A DNA stretch of 64,000 bases from a virus. The first letter of the stretch is position 1; each line of letters begins with the position of its first letter. This document shows positions 19,429-28,835 of this stretch, piece after piece. Location of the stretch: positions 32,001-96,000 of IMG/VR virus record IMGVR_UViG_3300005805_000046. One strand, given 5' to 3'. The translations under genes were made by a program, and so were the position numbers. Below the pieces are notes generated by a model, which made no database searches, was not told where the DNA came from, and saw only the letters and a list, made by a program, of their open reading frames with translations.

Positions 19429-20551
19429 ATATTTTATTGTGAGTATTATTAACTTGTATAAAGGTTGTTTTTTTGCCAAAATCTTTGATTTTATCTGCGC
19501 CTATATAGGTGCATGCGCTTCTGATGCCTCCGTATACGTCTTGCAAAACATCTTCTGCTTTACCCTTATAATTAACGGTAACGCATTTACCTTCTGCTGT
19601 TCTGTATTTTGCTATTCCATTGTGATGTTTGTTCATGGCTTGCTCAGAACTCATTCCATAATATTTTAAGGATTTCTTTCTTTTTTCGGCTTGGTACCCT
19701 GGATCGAAAGGCTGCCACCACTCAGAATGAATCGTTCTGTCATTATTCATAATCTGACACAGATATTCATATACCCATTCTCCCTCACATTCATCACAAC
19801 CAGCAAACATACTGCCAAGCATTACAAAATCACTATTGCCCCCTAGAGCCTTACAAATATCTCCTACATACTTGCACCCACCGTCTGAGCATATGTGACC
19901 ACCAAGACCGTGTGCTGCGTCAGAACATTCCATAACGGCGCTCAGTTGTGGGTATCCAACGCCAGTTTTTAAACGAGTGGTACATACGCTGCCAGAACCT
20001 ATACCAACCTTGACTATATCTACTTTACCATGAATGATGAGTTCTTCAACCATTTCTGGAGTAACCACATTTCCTGCCATAAGAATAATTTCAGGAAATA
20101 ATTTACGAATATGAGCAGCGGTTTTGACAAATTGTTCTGTATATCCATTAGCAACATCGAGACATACATTTGGTATGATCCCGCCTGCGCTTTTGATTAC
20201 ATCAAATATGTTTTCTAGTTTATGTATATCTTTATGAGAAGTTCCAGTAGAATACCAAATAAAGTCTGTATCGGTGGTGAAGCTGAATAATTTAATCAAA
20301 TTATCTGTATCGTAATGTTTATGTAGACAGGTTATTGCTTTGTGTTTGGAAATAGACTTGGCCATATCAACCGTTCCCACGGTATCCATATTAGCAATCA
20401 TAATTGGTACGCAATTTAGTTGTCGTTGACTATGAGCAAACTTAAACGTTCTCATCAAATCCACTTCTGATCTACTTTTCAAGGCGGATCTTTTGGGGCG
20501 AATAAGAACATCATCAAAATCTAGTTTAGTTTCATTGATTATTTTTTGCAT
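19409..20551 (-). CDS. guaC: GMP reductase
   Basis: LDFDDVLIRPKRS, ANMDTVG, LDVANGY, KVGIGSGSVCTTR and YYGMSS motifs. Confidence 0.95.
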   Translation of the reverse strand: MQKIINETKLDFDDVLIRPKRSALKSRSEVDLMRTFKFAHSQRQLNCVPIMIANMDTVGTVDMAKSISKHKAITCLHKHYDTDNLIKLFSFTTDTDFIWYSTGTSHKDIHKLENIFDVIKSAGGIIPNVCLDVANGYTEQFVKTAAHIRKLFPEIILMAGNVVTPEMVEELIIHGKVDIVKVGIGSGSVCTTRLKTGVGYPQLSAVMECSDAAHGLGGHICSDGGCKYVGDICKALGGNSDFVMLGSMFAGCDECEGEWVYEYLCQIMNNDRTIHSEWWQPFDPGYQAEKRKKSLKYYGMSSEQAMNKHHNGIAKYRTAEGKCVTVNYKGKAEDVLQDVYGGIRSACTYIGADKIKDFGKKTTFIQVNNTHNKIYEKNSN

Positions 20552-21287
20552 TTTGCAGATCGTCCGATGTGTATGGGGACATATGATTCATAGTGTGCCA
20601 CTCTGTTTCATCCATATTGTACTGGTTCGCAACCAAAGATGAGTATGTTCCATTTTTGGCTCCTATATTTTGTATCCTAGAAATAATAGGTCTGGCCTGA
20701 TAATACCCTAATTTTTGAAATATATTGTTGTGCAGGTGTGTGTCCCAAGAGCCGTATCTGTTTTCTCTGTCTTGAAACTGAGTCCAATTATTGATGATAA
20801 TGTCGGACTTGTTTTTCCAAAAAGCACAACCCCAACATATAAAGCTGGATTCTTTGATTATTTCTTTATATCTTTCTGGTTCTAGAATGGTAGTTTTATT
20901 ATATCCAGAAATAGACAAAATCGAAGATTCGTCCTTATATTTATTTAGATTTTCTGTGTAGAAATTTATAGCGTCTCTGGTTGGTATCGTGTCATCTTCA
21001 AGATGAATAACCGCATCATGATTACTTATCGCTAATTCTATTGCCTGTTTTGTATTTTTGTTACAGCCGAGAGACGGGTTATTGACGACTATAATTTTAT
21101 TAAACTGATTTAAACTATTGACATATTTAACAATAGAACTATGGTAGTAGTCTACTGAAATATAGATAGGGGTATTATTTTTATTAGCCAGACTCAGAGA
21201 TTTATCCAAAGCCCTGAACATAGTAGACAGGTAGTCTAGTCTTTTATAGCAAGTGACCGATATTGCTATGTCTAAATCATTCGGCAT
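20532..21287 (-). CDS. glycosyltransferase, GT-A (family 2-like)
   Basis: YKRLDYL, IHLEDD, CWG, SWD and SRIQNIG motifs. Confidence 0.8.
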   Translation of the reverse strand: MPNDLDIAISVTCYKRLDYLSTMFRALDKSLSLANKNNTPIYISVDYYHSSIVKYVNSLNQFNKIIVVNNPSLGCNKNTKQAIELAISNHDAVIHLEDDTIPTRDAINFYTENLNKYKDESSILSISGYNKTTILEPERYKEIIKESSFICWGCAFWKNKSDIIINNWTQFQDRENRYGSWDTHLHNNIFQKLGYYQARPIISRIQNIGAKNGTYSSLVANQYNMDETEWHTMNHMSPYTSDDLQNAKNNQ

Positions 21288-21819
21288 TACTGTCTACCAT
21301 GACTTTGGGCCTGTGCTTAAAGTAAGACTCGCCGTATGTTACAAAAATTTCTTCACCCCTACTGATTGGGCGATTGGCTATAATATCAACATATAGATTT
21401 TTATGATTAAATTTCATATCGGCGGTATTGTCATCTTGGTGGTTATATATCATGCCGTGGCCGAGAACCATATAAAAAATAAATCCATTGGTTTTACACT
21501 CATTGCACTCGCATAGGGGTTTTGTATAACAGTAGGACCATATTGCATTATCTGTGTGTTGTTTAGACCTGAGCTGTAAAGGAACGATTGGGCATCTCTC
21601 TATGAGTTCTCCTTCTTCTATATTATCCGTAGCGAATACTCCTCTGCCGCCAACGAGAGAATGTCCGTATTTGATTTTGTATGTTTCAACAAATGGATAC
21701 GGAGCATTTCTGTCGTAGGTATCCTTTGGGATTACTGTGGAGTGTTCATTAGTCTGCGACTGCTGGGCCGCTATGTTAGTGGAGTCCGACCACCAAGCAT
21801 TATTCTCTTCCGATATCAT
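21277..21819 (-). CDS. SET-domain lysine methyltransferase
   Basis: GRGVFA...I..GE.IE, YNH and I.RGEEIFVTYG SET motifs. Confidence 0.9.
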   Translation of the reverse strand: MISEENNAWWSDSTNIAAQQSQTNEHSTVIPKDTYDRNAPYPFVETYKIKYGHSLVGGRGVFATDNIEEGELIERCPIVPLQLRSKQHTDNAIWSYCYTKPLCECNECKTNGFIFYMVLGHGMIYNHQDDNTADMKFNHKNLYVDIIANRPISRGEEIFVTYGESYFKHRPKVMVDSNAE

Positions 21820-22357
21820 TATTGCTCCCTACATCAAAAAAGTACCATCTTTTATGTGTTTCTATATTTTCACTAGAATCAATATGCAATAAATATGTCT
21901 TGATTTCGTCCCAAGTAGAAAAAATCATTTGATGAGGAATAGTCCCAAAAAGCCAGTCTGGAGTATGAGATTTTCCTTGTTCCATATGTACTATGATAGG
22001 CTTTTTTTGTCTATTTGCCAAAAAAATTTCTTCTAATGTTCCGCACGGATGTACTGTGATATCCAGATTAACTATCAAAAAATCGCTGATGTCTACCAAA
22101 CGTAGATCTACCGCACGAATAACTTTCATCATAGATGACAGTTCGTCGTATCTGCCTTTTTCTTTAAGCTTGGTTTTTATTAGGTGAGTATCTGTATCCT
22201 CAAGGCCGATATCGGTTGGTTTGCTGATAGGATTAAACACCACAACGCCCAAACTCTCCAAAAACGGAGTTATATTGTCTCTCCAGGTTGCTCCCCTGTC
22301 GGCAACTCTGTCCATAGCTCCAGCTAAATAACATCTTTGTTTATTTATTCTGTTCAT
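21800..22357 (-). CDS. nucleoside 2-deoxyribosyltransferase-like protein
   Basis: YLAGAM, FNP, DLRLVDISD and GTLEE motifs. Confidence 0.8.
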   Translation of the reverse strand: MNRINKQRCYLAGAMDRVADRGATWRDNITPFLESLGVVVFNPISKPTDIGLEDTDTHLIKTKLKEKGRYDELSSMMKVIRAVDLRLVDISDFLIVNLDITVHPCGTLEEIFLANRQKKPIIVHMEQGKSHTPDWLFGTIPHQMIFSTWDEIKTYLLHIDSSENIETHKRWYFFDVGSNNDIGRE

Positions 22358-22449
22358 TAGTTTTCCGAAGTTAAAAGTCCTCTTATTACCCCAGCAACAA
22401 TGACAGCTATAAAAGCAAAATAAAGATTATAGTCTATGTGGATCATGTT

Positions 22450-22722
22450 TTATAGCTCAAAAATAAATCCATTATTATTAGCAGGATTAATAATCTCTAC
22501 TGTTTTAATGTTTTCTACTGCTCGCAGAGCGTCGAGCAGATCTGGAATTTGATCAATATTCATTCCCTGAAAATTCGCCATAATACCCTGTAGCTGCATA
22601 AACATATCTGCTTGTTTCTTAAAGTCTGACAGAGATTCGGATGACTCCACAAAGATTCTAACCATCATTGTGGGAAAACGAAAGTTTGTAACTGTCTTAT
22701 ATTTTTCTATTGGTGTGGTCAT
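22450..22722 (-). CDS. hypothetical protein
   Basis: Co-oriented ORF with ATGA overlap. Confidence 0.6.
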   Translation of the reverse strand: MTTPIEKYKTVTNFRFPTMMVRIFVESSESLSDFKKQADMFMQLQGIMANFQGMNIDQIPDLLDALRAVENIKTVEIINPANNNGFIFEL

Positions 22723-23279
22723 GATCTAATTTCTTTCTTACGAGTATGGTGATTAATATATACATAAACTCCGACATCGTGCCAGATATCGTTGATTAAT
22801 TCGGAAATAAAATTCCAGTCTCCACCAGCCAAACCGGAACCAAATTTTGGAGCATGAATTTCTACGCATGTTTCTTCTGAATTGGCATATAGATTAGTAT
22901 AGAACTTCCTTACGTCCACCATGCAATATACTAAGGCGGCGTAGTTTATTGGTCTCTTGTTTTTATTGCTTATTATCCCATTTTGAGCTATCATGTTTGC
23001 AACAACAACCTTATTTTTTCTCTGGTTGTCTTCTATTGCGGTAACGAACTGCACCTTTCCTAGTTTGGCGTCGGGCCGTCCTAATAGGTGGAAATTTTCC
23101 TTGACAAGAGGAAACTTATCTCCTAAAGCCTTTGCAAAACCTGCTCCAAATAAATCTACATTATTGCATACGTGAGGAATAATAATTGTGTGATTATTAA
23201 TCCCTCCGTTAGTTATCCTAGAGACAGCAGACTCTATAGTATTTCCTTTAACTGTTGTAAATTCTTTCGTGTTCTTCAT
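22719..23279 (-). CDS. macro-domain (ADP-ribose-binding/hydrolase) protein
   Basis: IPHVCNN...GAGFA, VANMIAQ and PKFGSGLAGG.W motifs. Confidence 0.85.
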   Translation of the reverse strand: MKNTKEFTTVKGNTIESAVSRITNGGINNHTIIIPHVCNNVDLFGAGFAKALGDKFPLVKENFHLLGRPDAKLGKVQFVTAIEDNQRKNKVVVANMIAQNGIISNKNKRPINYAALVYCMVDVRKFYTNLYANSEETCVEIHAPKFGSGLAGGDWNFISELINDIWHDVGVYVYINHHTRKKEIRS

Positions 23280-23539
23280 GTGATCCTATCCCATTTATCT
23301 AAAGGACACTTTTGATCTGCCCATGCCAGCTTATTCATAAAAATCTTTTTATCCGAAATAGCGCACCCGCACACTAAGCACTGATGATTTTTGGTGTCAA
23401 ATTTATCGCACGACAGGCATACTTTGAGCCTATCGTTAATCTGCTCCTGTGTTGACTTTGGGAATCCTGCCCATACGTGCCACCAGAGAGAATACAAAAA
23501 TGTTTTGAGTTTAGATAGTGTTATTGTTTGTAGTTTCAT
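23276..23539 (-). CDS. small Zn-binding protein
   Basis: R...C.SC, C..CGC and CP..KW motifs. Confidence 0.7.
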   Translation of the reverse strand: MKLQTITLSKLKTFLYSLWWHVWAGFPKSTQEQINDRLKVCLSCDKFDTKNHQCLVCGCAISDKKIFMNKLAWADQKCPLDKWDRIT

Positions 23540-23983
23540 TTTCTCGCAGCTTTACAAGATTATTGCTGTTATCTAGAATATATCCCTGAATCTCATCCAC
23601 AGATGCGTCTGAATTAAGCCAAGAAGGGAATCCGTCTTTTACAGATATACACATGCGGCATCCATTTTTTTTAAAGTCGCTAGTCAATATCCAATATGAC
23701 GATCCATAAAGAAACAAAGTTCCTGGTGAGAGTTCTTCTAAATATTTCATTACCTGTAATCTTCTTTCCAGTTTTCCCAGTCTGCATCTTCTTCCAATAA
23801 AGCTTTTCTTTTTTGTTTGAAAAACTTATTCAGTTTAGCTTGGTCTCTCTGGTCTTCGTCGATTGTTTTTTTAACAAATTTTTTTTTGTTTTTTTTATTC
23901 GGCTTACTGTTGTCGAACTCGTCAAAATTATTCATAATCTCTCCGGACACTCCTACTTCATTATCTACGAATCGAACCCGTTG

Positions 23984-24922
23984 TCAAGTGCTTAGATAAG
24001 GAGTAATTATTCCAAATCCCTCGTATCGTTTTTTCTTGGCAAACATTGGATCAGTTAAGCTTTTAGCTTTCTTTTTAAAGTAACCAATATATTCCTGACT
24101 ACTCGTAAAAGCATTTAGACTATTCTTTTTCCTGTAAGAAGAAACCAAGGCAGCACAACCAACAGCAAAGGGGTTGCTCATGCTTGTTCCGCTCATGGTC
24201 GCATATCCGTTACCGGGTACGCAACTTATAATATCTTGACCAGGGGCTAGGAAGTCAAGTGACTCTCCACTACAAGTAAAACTTGTTCTTTCTAAGTTTT
24301 TATCAATAGCGCCTATTGATATAACATCTTCATATTGAGCTGGATACATTACGTCAACATTTGGTCCAGCATTTCCAGCAGCACAAAAAATAACTGTATT
24401 TTTACTAACTGCATACTTAATAGCATTATATAGATCGTTAGTTGTTTGAGCACATCCTAGGCTCATCGTAATAAAATCTACACGCTGATCCGCCGACCAG
24501 ATAATAGCCTCAACAATATCTTGAATATTACCAGACCCATCATCAGATAATGCCTTAACTGGTATAATTTTTGACATTGGAGCCACACCAACCATACCGT
24601 ACTCATTATCTTGGGCCGATATTGTACCAGCAACGTGAGTACCATGACCATTATAGTCAATGGGGTCTTTATTTTTTTCTACAAAGTTTTTTCCCTGTAG
24701 AAGATTATCTTTTATGTCCTTGTGGTATAGATCGCATCCGGTATCTATAACCGCTATTCTGACCCCTTCGCCATTTGATTCTTTCCATAGTTTTGGTATG
24801 TCGAATTTAGATATTTCCCAACCGTAAAACTTAGATACATACGGATTCAATCCGCTGATATCTTCTCTGGTATATGGCAATAGTCCAATCTTATTCTTGG
24901 GCGATCTTCTATTTCTTTTCAT
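23984..24922 (-). CDS. subtilisin-like serine protease (S8)
   Basis: Catalytic triad motifs VIDTG, HGTHVAG and GTSMS. Confidence 0.95.
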   Translation of the reverse strand: MKRNRRSPKNKIGLLPYTREDISGLNPYVSKFYGWEISKFDIPKLWKESNGEGVRIAVIDTGCDLYHKDIKDNLLQGKNFVEKNKDPIDYNGHGTHVAGTISAQDNEYGMVGVAPMSKIIPVKALSDDGSGNIQDIVEAIIWSADQRVDFITMSLGCAQTTNDLYNAIKYAVSKNTVIFCAAGNAGPNVDVMYPAQYEDVISIGAIDKNLERTSFTCSGESLDFLAPGQDIISCVPGNGYATMSGTSMSNPFAVGCAALVSSYRKKNSLNAFTSSQEYIGYFKKKAKSLTDPMFAKKKRYEGFGIITPYLST

Positions 24923-25673
24923 TTGCCTCAGCTCTAAGAAGATTTATATTATCTCTTATCCATGTTACATGGTCGCTTATTCTTGTATGGCCACTTTCTG
25001 AGCCATATTCAGAATTTGATAGTTTTCCAACCGCCATTACACAGGAGTGTATTCCCGCCAACCTATTTCCTATAAAAAGACCACCTCCGCTATCTCCAGA
25101 CGCTATTAAAAATTCTAATGCCGTTTTATTATGGCCGGACGGTGTGCAGACTAGTAATCCTCTGTCTATATAATCTATTTTATTAGAGCCTGCTCTTTGC
25201 TTGTTATCAAAAAAAACTGCTCCGGTCTTAAAGTTTCCACTTTTTCCAAAGCCAGACAAAGAACATATTTTTGATATTTCGTCTTTATTCTCATATAGTT
25301 CTGGATAAAACTTTAAATCAATACTATTGTCGAGTAAACCAACCGCTATATCGAAATAGCCATAGACATTAGTATGGTATTTTTCGTGGACTATGTGTTT
25401 TTTGATTTTAATTATTTTATTATTTATATGAACAAGAGAATTATGACTATTTTCTATAACATGAGCAGCGGTTAGAATTATATCGTCCTTATAGGCAACA
25501 ACCGAACCAGAGATAGGATTATTGTCCGAGCTGATTCCCATAAACTGACCTATAAACGGAAATCCGGTAGCATAGTCTAGATATTCCTCATCCTTAGTAT
25601 TCGGATCTATCGTACCAGCCAAAAGACTTCCGGAGAAAAAAACTAATGCGACTAAAAAACGTAGGATTTTCAT
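24909..25673 (-). CDS. trypsin-like serine protease with signal peptide
   Basis: LTAAH, DIA and GDSGG motifs; hydrophobic N-terminus. Confidence 0.9.
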   Translation of the reverse strand: MKILRFLVALVFFSGSLLAGTIDPNTKDEEYLDYATGFPFIGQFMGISSDNNPISGSVVAYKDDIILTAAHVIENSHNSLVHINNKIIKIKKHIVHEKYHTNVYGYFDIAVGLLDNSIDLKFYPELYENKDEISKICSLSGFGKSGNFKTGAVFFDNKQRAGSNKIDYIDRGLLVCTPSGHNKTALEFLIASGDSGGGLFIGNRLAGIHSCVMAVGKLSNSEYGSESGHTRISDHVTWIRDNINLLRAEANEKK

Positions 25674-25992
25674 TTGAAGATATCCTTACTTTATAAGGTC
25701 TATTATTTACCTTATTAAGATACACCGCCGCATCATGAATAACCTCAGTATTCCAGCTTTGTGTACTCATCAAATGACCTATTGCTAAATGACAGTATTT
25801 ATCGCATAGGGTTATAAGATTAGTAGGATCTAGTTCTCTGTCTGGATTATGATGTACGGGCTCTATGTGGTGTGCTTGTAAACCTTCTTTTCTCCCACAT
25901 GCAGCACAAGCGGGGAACTTTGATATATGTTCATCACGCACCCTTTTCCAGAGCGGGGATCTTTTTTCGCTACCAAATATAAAAAAATTCAT
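25594..25992 (-). CDS. HNH endonuclease
   Basis: CAACG...HHI.P...NLITLC...CH motif. Confidence 0.85.
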   Translation of the reverse strand: MNFFIFGSEKRSPLWKRVRDEHISKFPACAACGRKEGLQAHHIEPVHHNPDRELDPTNLITLCDKYCHLAIGHLMSTQSWNTEVIHDAAVYLNKVNNRPYKVRISSNENPTFFSRISFFLRKSFGWYDRSEY

Positions 25993-26894
25993 ACCCTACT
26001 ACCTATTACTCGTCCTTTCTGAGTTCTTACAACAAAACCCTTTCTAACCAAAAACGGCTCTATGCTATTTTCTATCGTGTCTATGGCGATACCCGTGAGC
26101 GAGGAGATCGCTTTTAAACCCAATGGCTGTCCCTTGCTGTTTTTTAAACTCTCCAGATACAGACGATCATATACGTCCAGACCGTGCTTATCTATACCCT
26201 GCACACTAAAAACCTCGTCTATGCTAGCGCTGTTACCGTGGCATATTCTATAATTTTTATACCACTGTAATCTGCCGTTTAAAATTCTTGGAGTACCTTT
26301 ACTTCTCTCAGCAACAGCGAGCAAGTCTTCATCGGATATAACAATCCCGAGTTTTTCGCAATTTAATCTTGCTAGTTTAGCTAAATCTTCTGTAGCATAA
26401 AATGATAGATGCTCTTTGATCTGGAATCTATCATAAAATGGCTGACTTAAAGAACCTCCGCTTGTTGTTGCGCCTACCATTGTGAACGCGGGTAGGTTGA
26501 TTGTTTCTATTTGTTCGTCTGTAGTTGTACTTAGTACAAAATCTTCCATTACGGGATATAAAAATTCTTCTACAAGTTTTGGTAGTCTGTGAATCTCGTC
26601 AATAAATAACACAGATCTTGGCGACAGACCCATTAGATATGGAATAATATTTTTTGAACTACGAATAGAAGCAGCGTTTATGGTATATAGATCTACCCCA
26701 AGTTCATTAGAGATAGCACTCGCTATAGTAGTTTTTCCAAGACCGGGAGGCCCATCTATTAAAACGTGGGGCAATACTTCTCCTGCGCTTTTGCATCCAG
26801 CGACAGAAACTCGTAATCTGTTTATAACGTCCGACTGTCCTATAATTTCATTGAACGTTGTTGGTCTGATATGGTTACTCATGATACTCTCCAA
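25989..26894 (-). CDS. ruvB: Holliday junction branch-migration ATPase RuvB
   Basis: RP.TF.E.IGQ, GPPGLGKTT, FIDEIHRL, LYPVMED, GATT, GTPRI and IEPFL motifs. Confidence 0.95.
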   Translation of the reverse strand: MESIMSNHIRPTTFNEIIGQSDVINRLRVSVAGCKSAGEVLPHVLIDGPPGLGKTTIASAISNELGVDLYTINAASIRSSKNIIPYLMGLSPRSVLFIDEIHRLPKLVEEFLYPVMEDFVLSTTTDEQIETINLPAFTMVGATTSGGSLSQPFYDRFQIKEHLSFYATEDLAKLARLNCEKLGIVISDEDLLAVAERSKGTPRILNGRLQWYKNYRICHGNSASIDEVFSVQGIDKHGLDVYDRLYLESLKNSKGQPLGLKAISSLTGIAIDTIENSIEPFLVRKGFVVRTQKGRVIGSRV

Positions 26895-26923
26895 AGTTTA
26901 ATAGGCCAATATTTAATTAATGA

Positions 26924-27352
26924 CTAGTCTTGTTCGGTATTTCCTTGGTCTGCATTTTTTATCCAGAACACAAAATCATTGATCTCGCTATCATAAGCGG
27001 TATCAACCAATCCCTTTTTAATCAAACCCGAAAGAATATTGCTAACTAATCTTGAGTGCATAGACTCTACTATTTCTGAAAAGATTTTTTCATTGATTAC
27101 GTATCTGATTGCTTGGGTTTGTTTGTTCTTTTGTTTTTTTGCTAATTCTTTCACTATTGTTAGTGCTTCAGAAAAACTTAGAACAGTATCCATTTCTTGT
27201 GTTTCTGCTTCTGAAATATCTCCCATTAGTTTAATAAATTCATCGGGATCGTCCGTTGTTTCTTTACCAAATTTACCAAAGCCATTAAATACTACCCTAC
27301 GCATACTATCCGTAAATTTATCTGTATCGGTAATAACATAGTTACTCTTCAT
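26924..27352 (-). CDS. hypothetical protein, paralog of 41602-42006
   Basis: Shared Y.I.D...F/Y...MR start and L...GL...A.D...N...FW end. Confidence 0.7.
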   Translation of the reverse strand: MKSNYVITDTDKFTDSMRRVVFNGFGKFGKETTDDPDEFIKLMGDISEAETQEMDTVLSFSEALTIVKELAKKQKNKQTQAIRYVINEKIFSEIVESMHSRLVSNILSGLIKKGLVDTAYDSEINDFVFWIKNADQGNTEQD

Positions 27353-27387
27353 AATTATTCGATTCTTTCTTCTATAAATTTTATAGT

Positions 27388-27840
27388 TTAATTCAGAATA
27401 TCAAACAGTCCTCGATAATACGAAGGCTGCTGAACAAAATGCTTAATGTTGCTTTGTAGATGTAAAATATATGATTCTTGTAGTTTGTCTCTGATAAAAT
27501 ATTTTTGTTTCCATACAGGACTATTATACTGATTGTTCCCCAAATACAGGAGGGAGTTTCCTCCACCCACTGTATTGGAGACCCAATCAGTCACAGGTAA
27601 CTGAACAAACGGAAAGCCAGAGATATTATTTATACTGCTCAAGTCATTAGTATTCGCCGGAGGATTATTAATAAGGTTGTCTATCATCTTGTGAACCCAT
27701 TCTGATATAGGCCCGCTACTTACGTCAAATTTAAAATAAAACTTATTCCAGTCTGATTGTTGCTGACTCTCATCGTATTCGTGACTATCATCATAATCAT
27801 CTCCATAATAGTCTTCATAATCATCATATGGTTCGTACAC
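27388..27840 (-). CDS. hypothetical protein with acidic N-terminus
   Basis: GTG start with AAGGA RBS. Confidence 0.6.
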   Translation of the reverse strand: MYEPYDDYEDYYGDDYDDSHEYDESQQQSDWNKFYFKFDVSSGPISEWVHKMIDNLINNPPANTNDLSSINNISGFPFVQLPVTDWVSNTVGGGNSLLYLGNNQYNSPVWKQKYFIRDKLQESYILHLQSNIKHFVQQPSYYRGLFDILN

Positions 27841-27858
27841 AGATTTATCCTTTCATAA

Positions 27859-27937
27859 AAGATGGCCGAGAGAATCGAACCCTCGTTATTAGCAACACAA
27901 ACTATTAGATGCTGCCAACAAGACCACTCGCCACCTT
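27859..27937 (-). ncRNA. tRNA-like RNA without D-stem or anticodon loop
   Basis: AAGGTGGC/GCCATCTT closing stem, GAGTGGTC D-loop-like segment, 12-bp helix, CGAGGG-TTCGATT-CTCTCG T-arm. Confidence 0.6.
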
Positions 27938-27946
27938 GACTATTAA

Positions 27947-28810
27947 TCAATACTGATTGTCATAATCTTCATCATCATAGTCTTCTTCTTCATCTTCTTC
28001 GTCGAACTGACCCCAATAACTTTCATCATAGTCATTAAGATAATCATCCTCATCATCCTCATACTCGTCCTGAGTAAAATCGGCTGAATAAAGAGGCTTG
28101 AGTAGTTCGCCTTCGTATTCCCCAACCACTTCATATCGACAGGTACGAAGTTTTTCACAATTACAGTCGCTTGGAACACTTACCACATCCTTGGGATTGA
28201 TTTTGACAATAACAATTCTATCGCCAGCATCTACGTTGCCATAACTAGCGACATAATTTAATGCACCAGCATGAAGACCATTTGAACATCCGCGACCACG
28301 ATCATCATCGACCTTTGATCTGGTCATTTGACAAACCTGACCGACATGATTATCGAACTTGCCAACATACTTGTCCATATAGTCGCTTCTAACCGCTTTA
28401 TATGCCAAGAAATGACCATCCTCTGTGATCGGCAGATGCTCATGCTCCAAGAAATCATACAGTTCCTTTTGGCTCTGCATACTTGGATTCTCCATGAGAT
28501 TGTTTAGAAAAGTCACAAGGGGCTCAAAAGGCAGACCCTTACTCATAAATTCAAGGATACGCTTACTAATACTACCGTGAACAACTTCACCCTCATAAGT
28601 AACTTGTCCATTCTTAATCTCGACCAAACCATCACTAAAATTAGCAACAGCCTTTTCTACATCAACAATATCCAAAAGTTCCTCTGCCGTTGCTGTTGGC
28701 AGAGCCTCAAGGATCATCTTGTAGTTAATGTGGTCCGGCAACACCTGATAACTCTGGTTATTAAGAACCAGCGTCAAATTACCATCGACAAACATAAAAG
28801 GAACAGCCAT
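27947..28810 (-). CDS. rIIB: rIIB-like protein
   Basis: L.ENPS...ELYDFL...LPITEDG.FLAYKAV, CS.GLH, INPKDVVSVP.D and R.CRY.V motifs; adjacent to rIIA. Confidence 0.9.
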   Translation of the reverse strand: MAVPFMFVDGNLTLVLNNQSYQVLPDHINYKMILEALPTATAEELLDIVDVEKAVANFSDGLVEIKNGQVTYEGEVVHGSISKRILEFMSKGLPFEPLVTFLNNLMENPSMQSQKELYDFLEHEHLPITEDGHFLAYKAVRSDYMDKYVGKFDNHVGQVCQMTRSKVDDDRGRGCSNGLHAGALNYVASYGNVDAGDRIVIVKINPKDVVSVPSDCNCEKLRTCRYEVVGEYEGELLKPLYSADFTQDEYEDDEDDYLNDYDESYWGQFDEEDEEEDYDDEDYDNQY

Positions 28811-28835
28811 TTTAATTCTCCTATTACCTGTGAAA

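Noticed and set aside
19680-19780. Roughly 25-aa insertion in GuaC as an intein or intron remnant
   Set aside because: Too short, in frame, and without splicing motifs; most likely a surface loop.
23964-23988. GGGTTCGATTC T-loop-like sequence
   Set aside because: No acceptor stem or other arms; it lies beside a TTGACA box and is probably part of a promoter.
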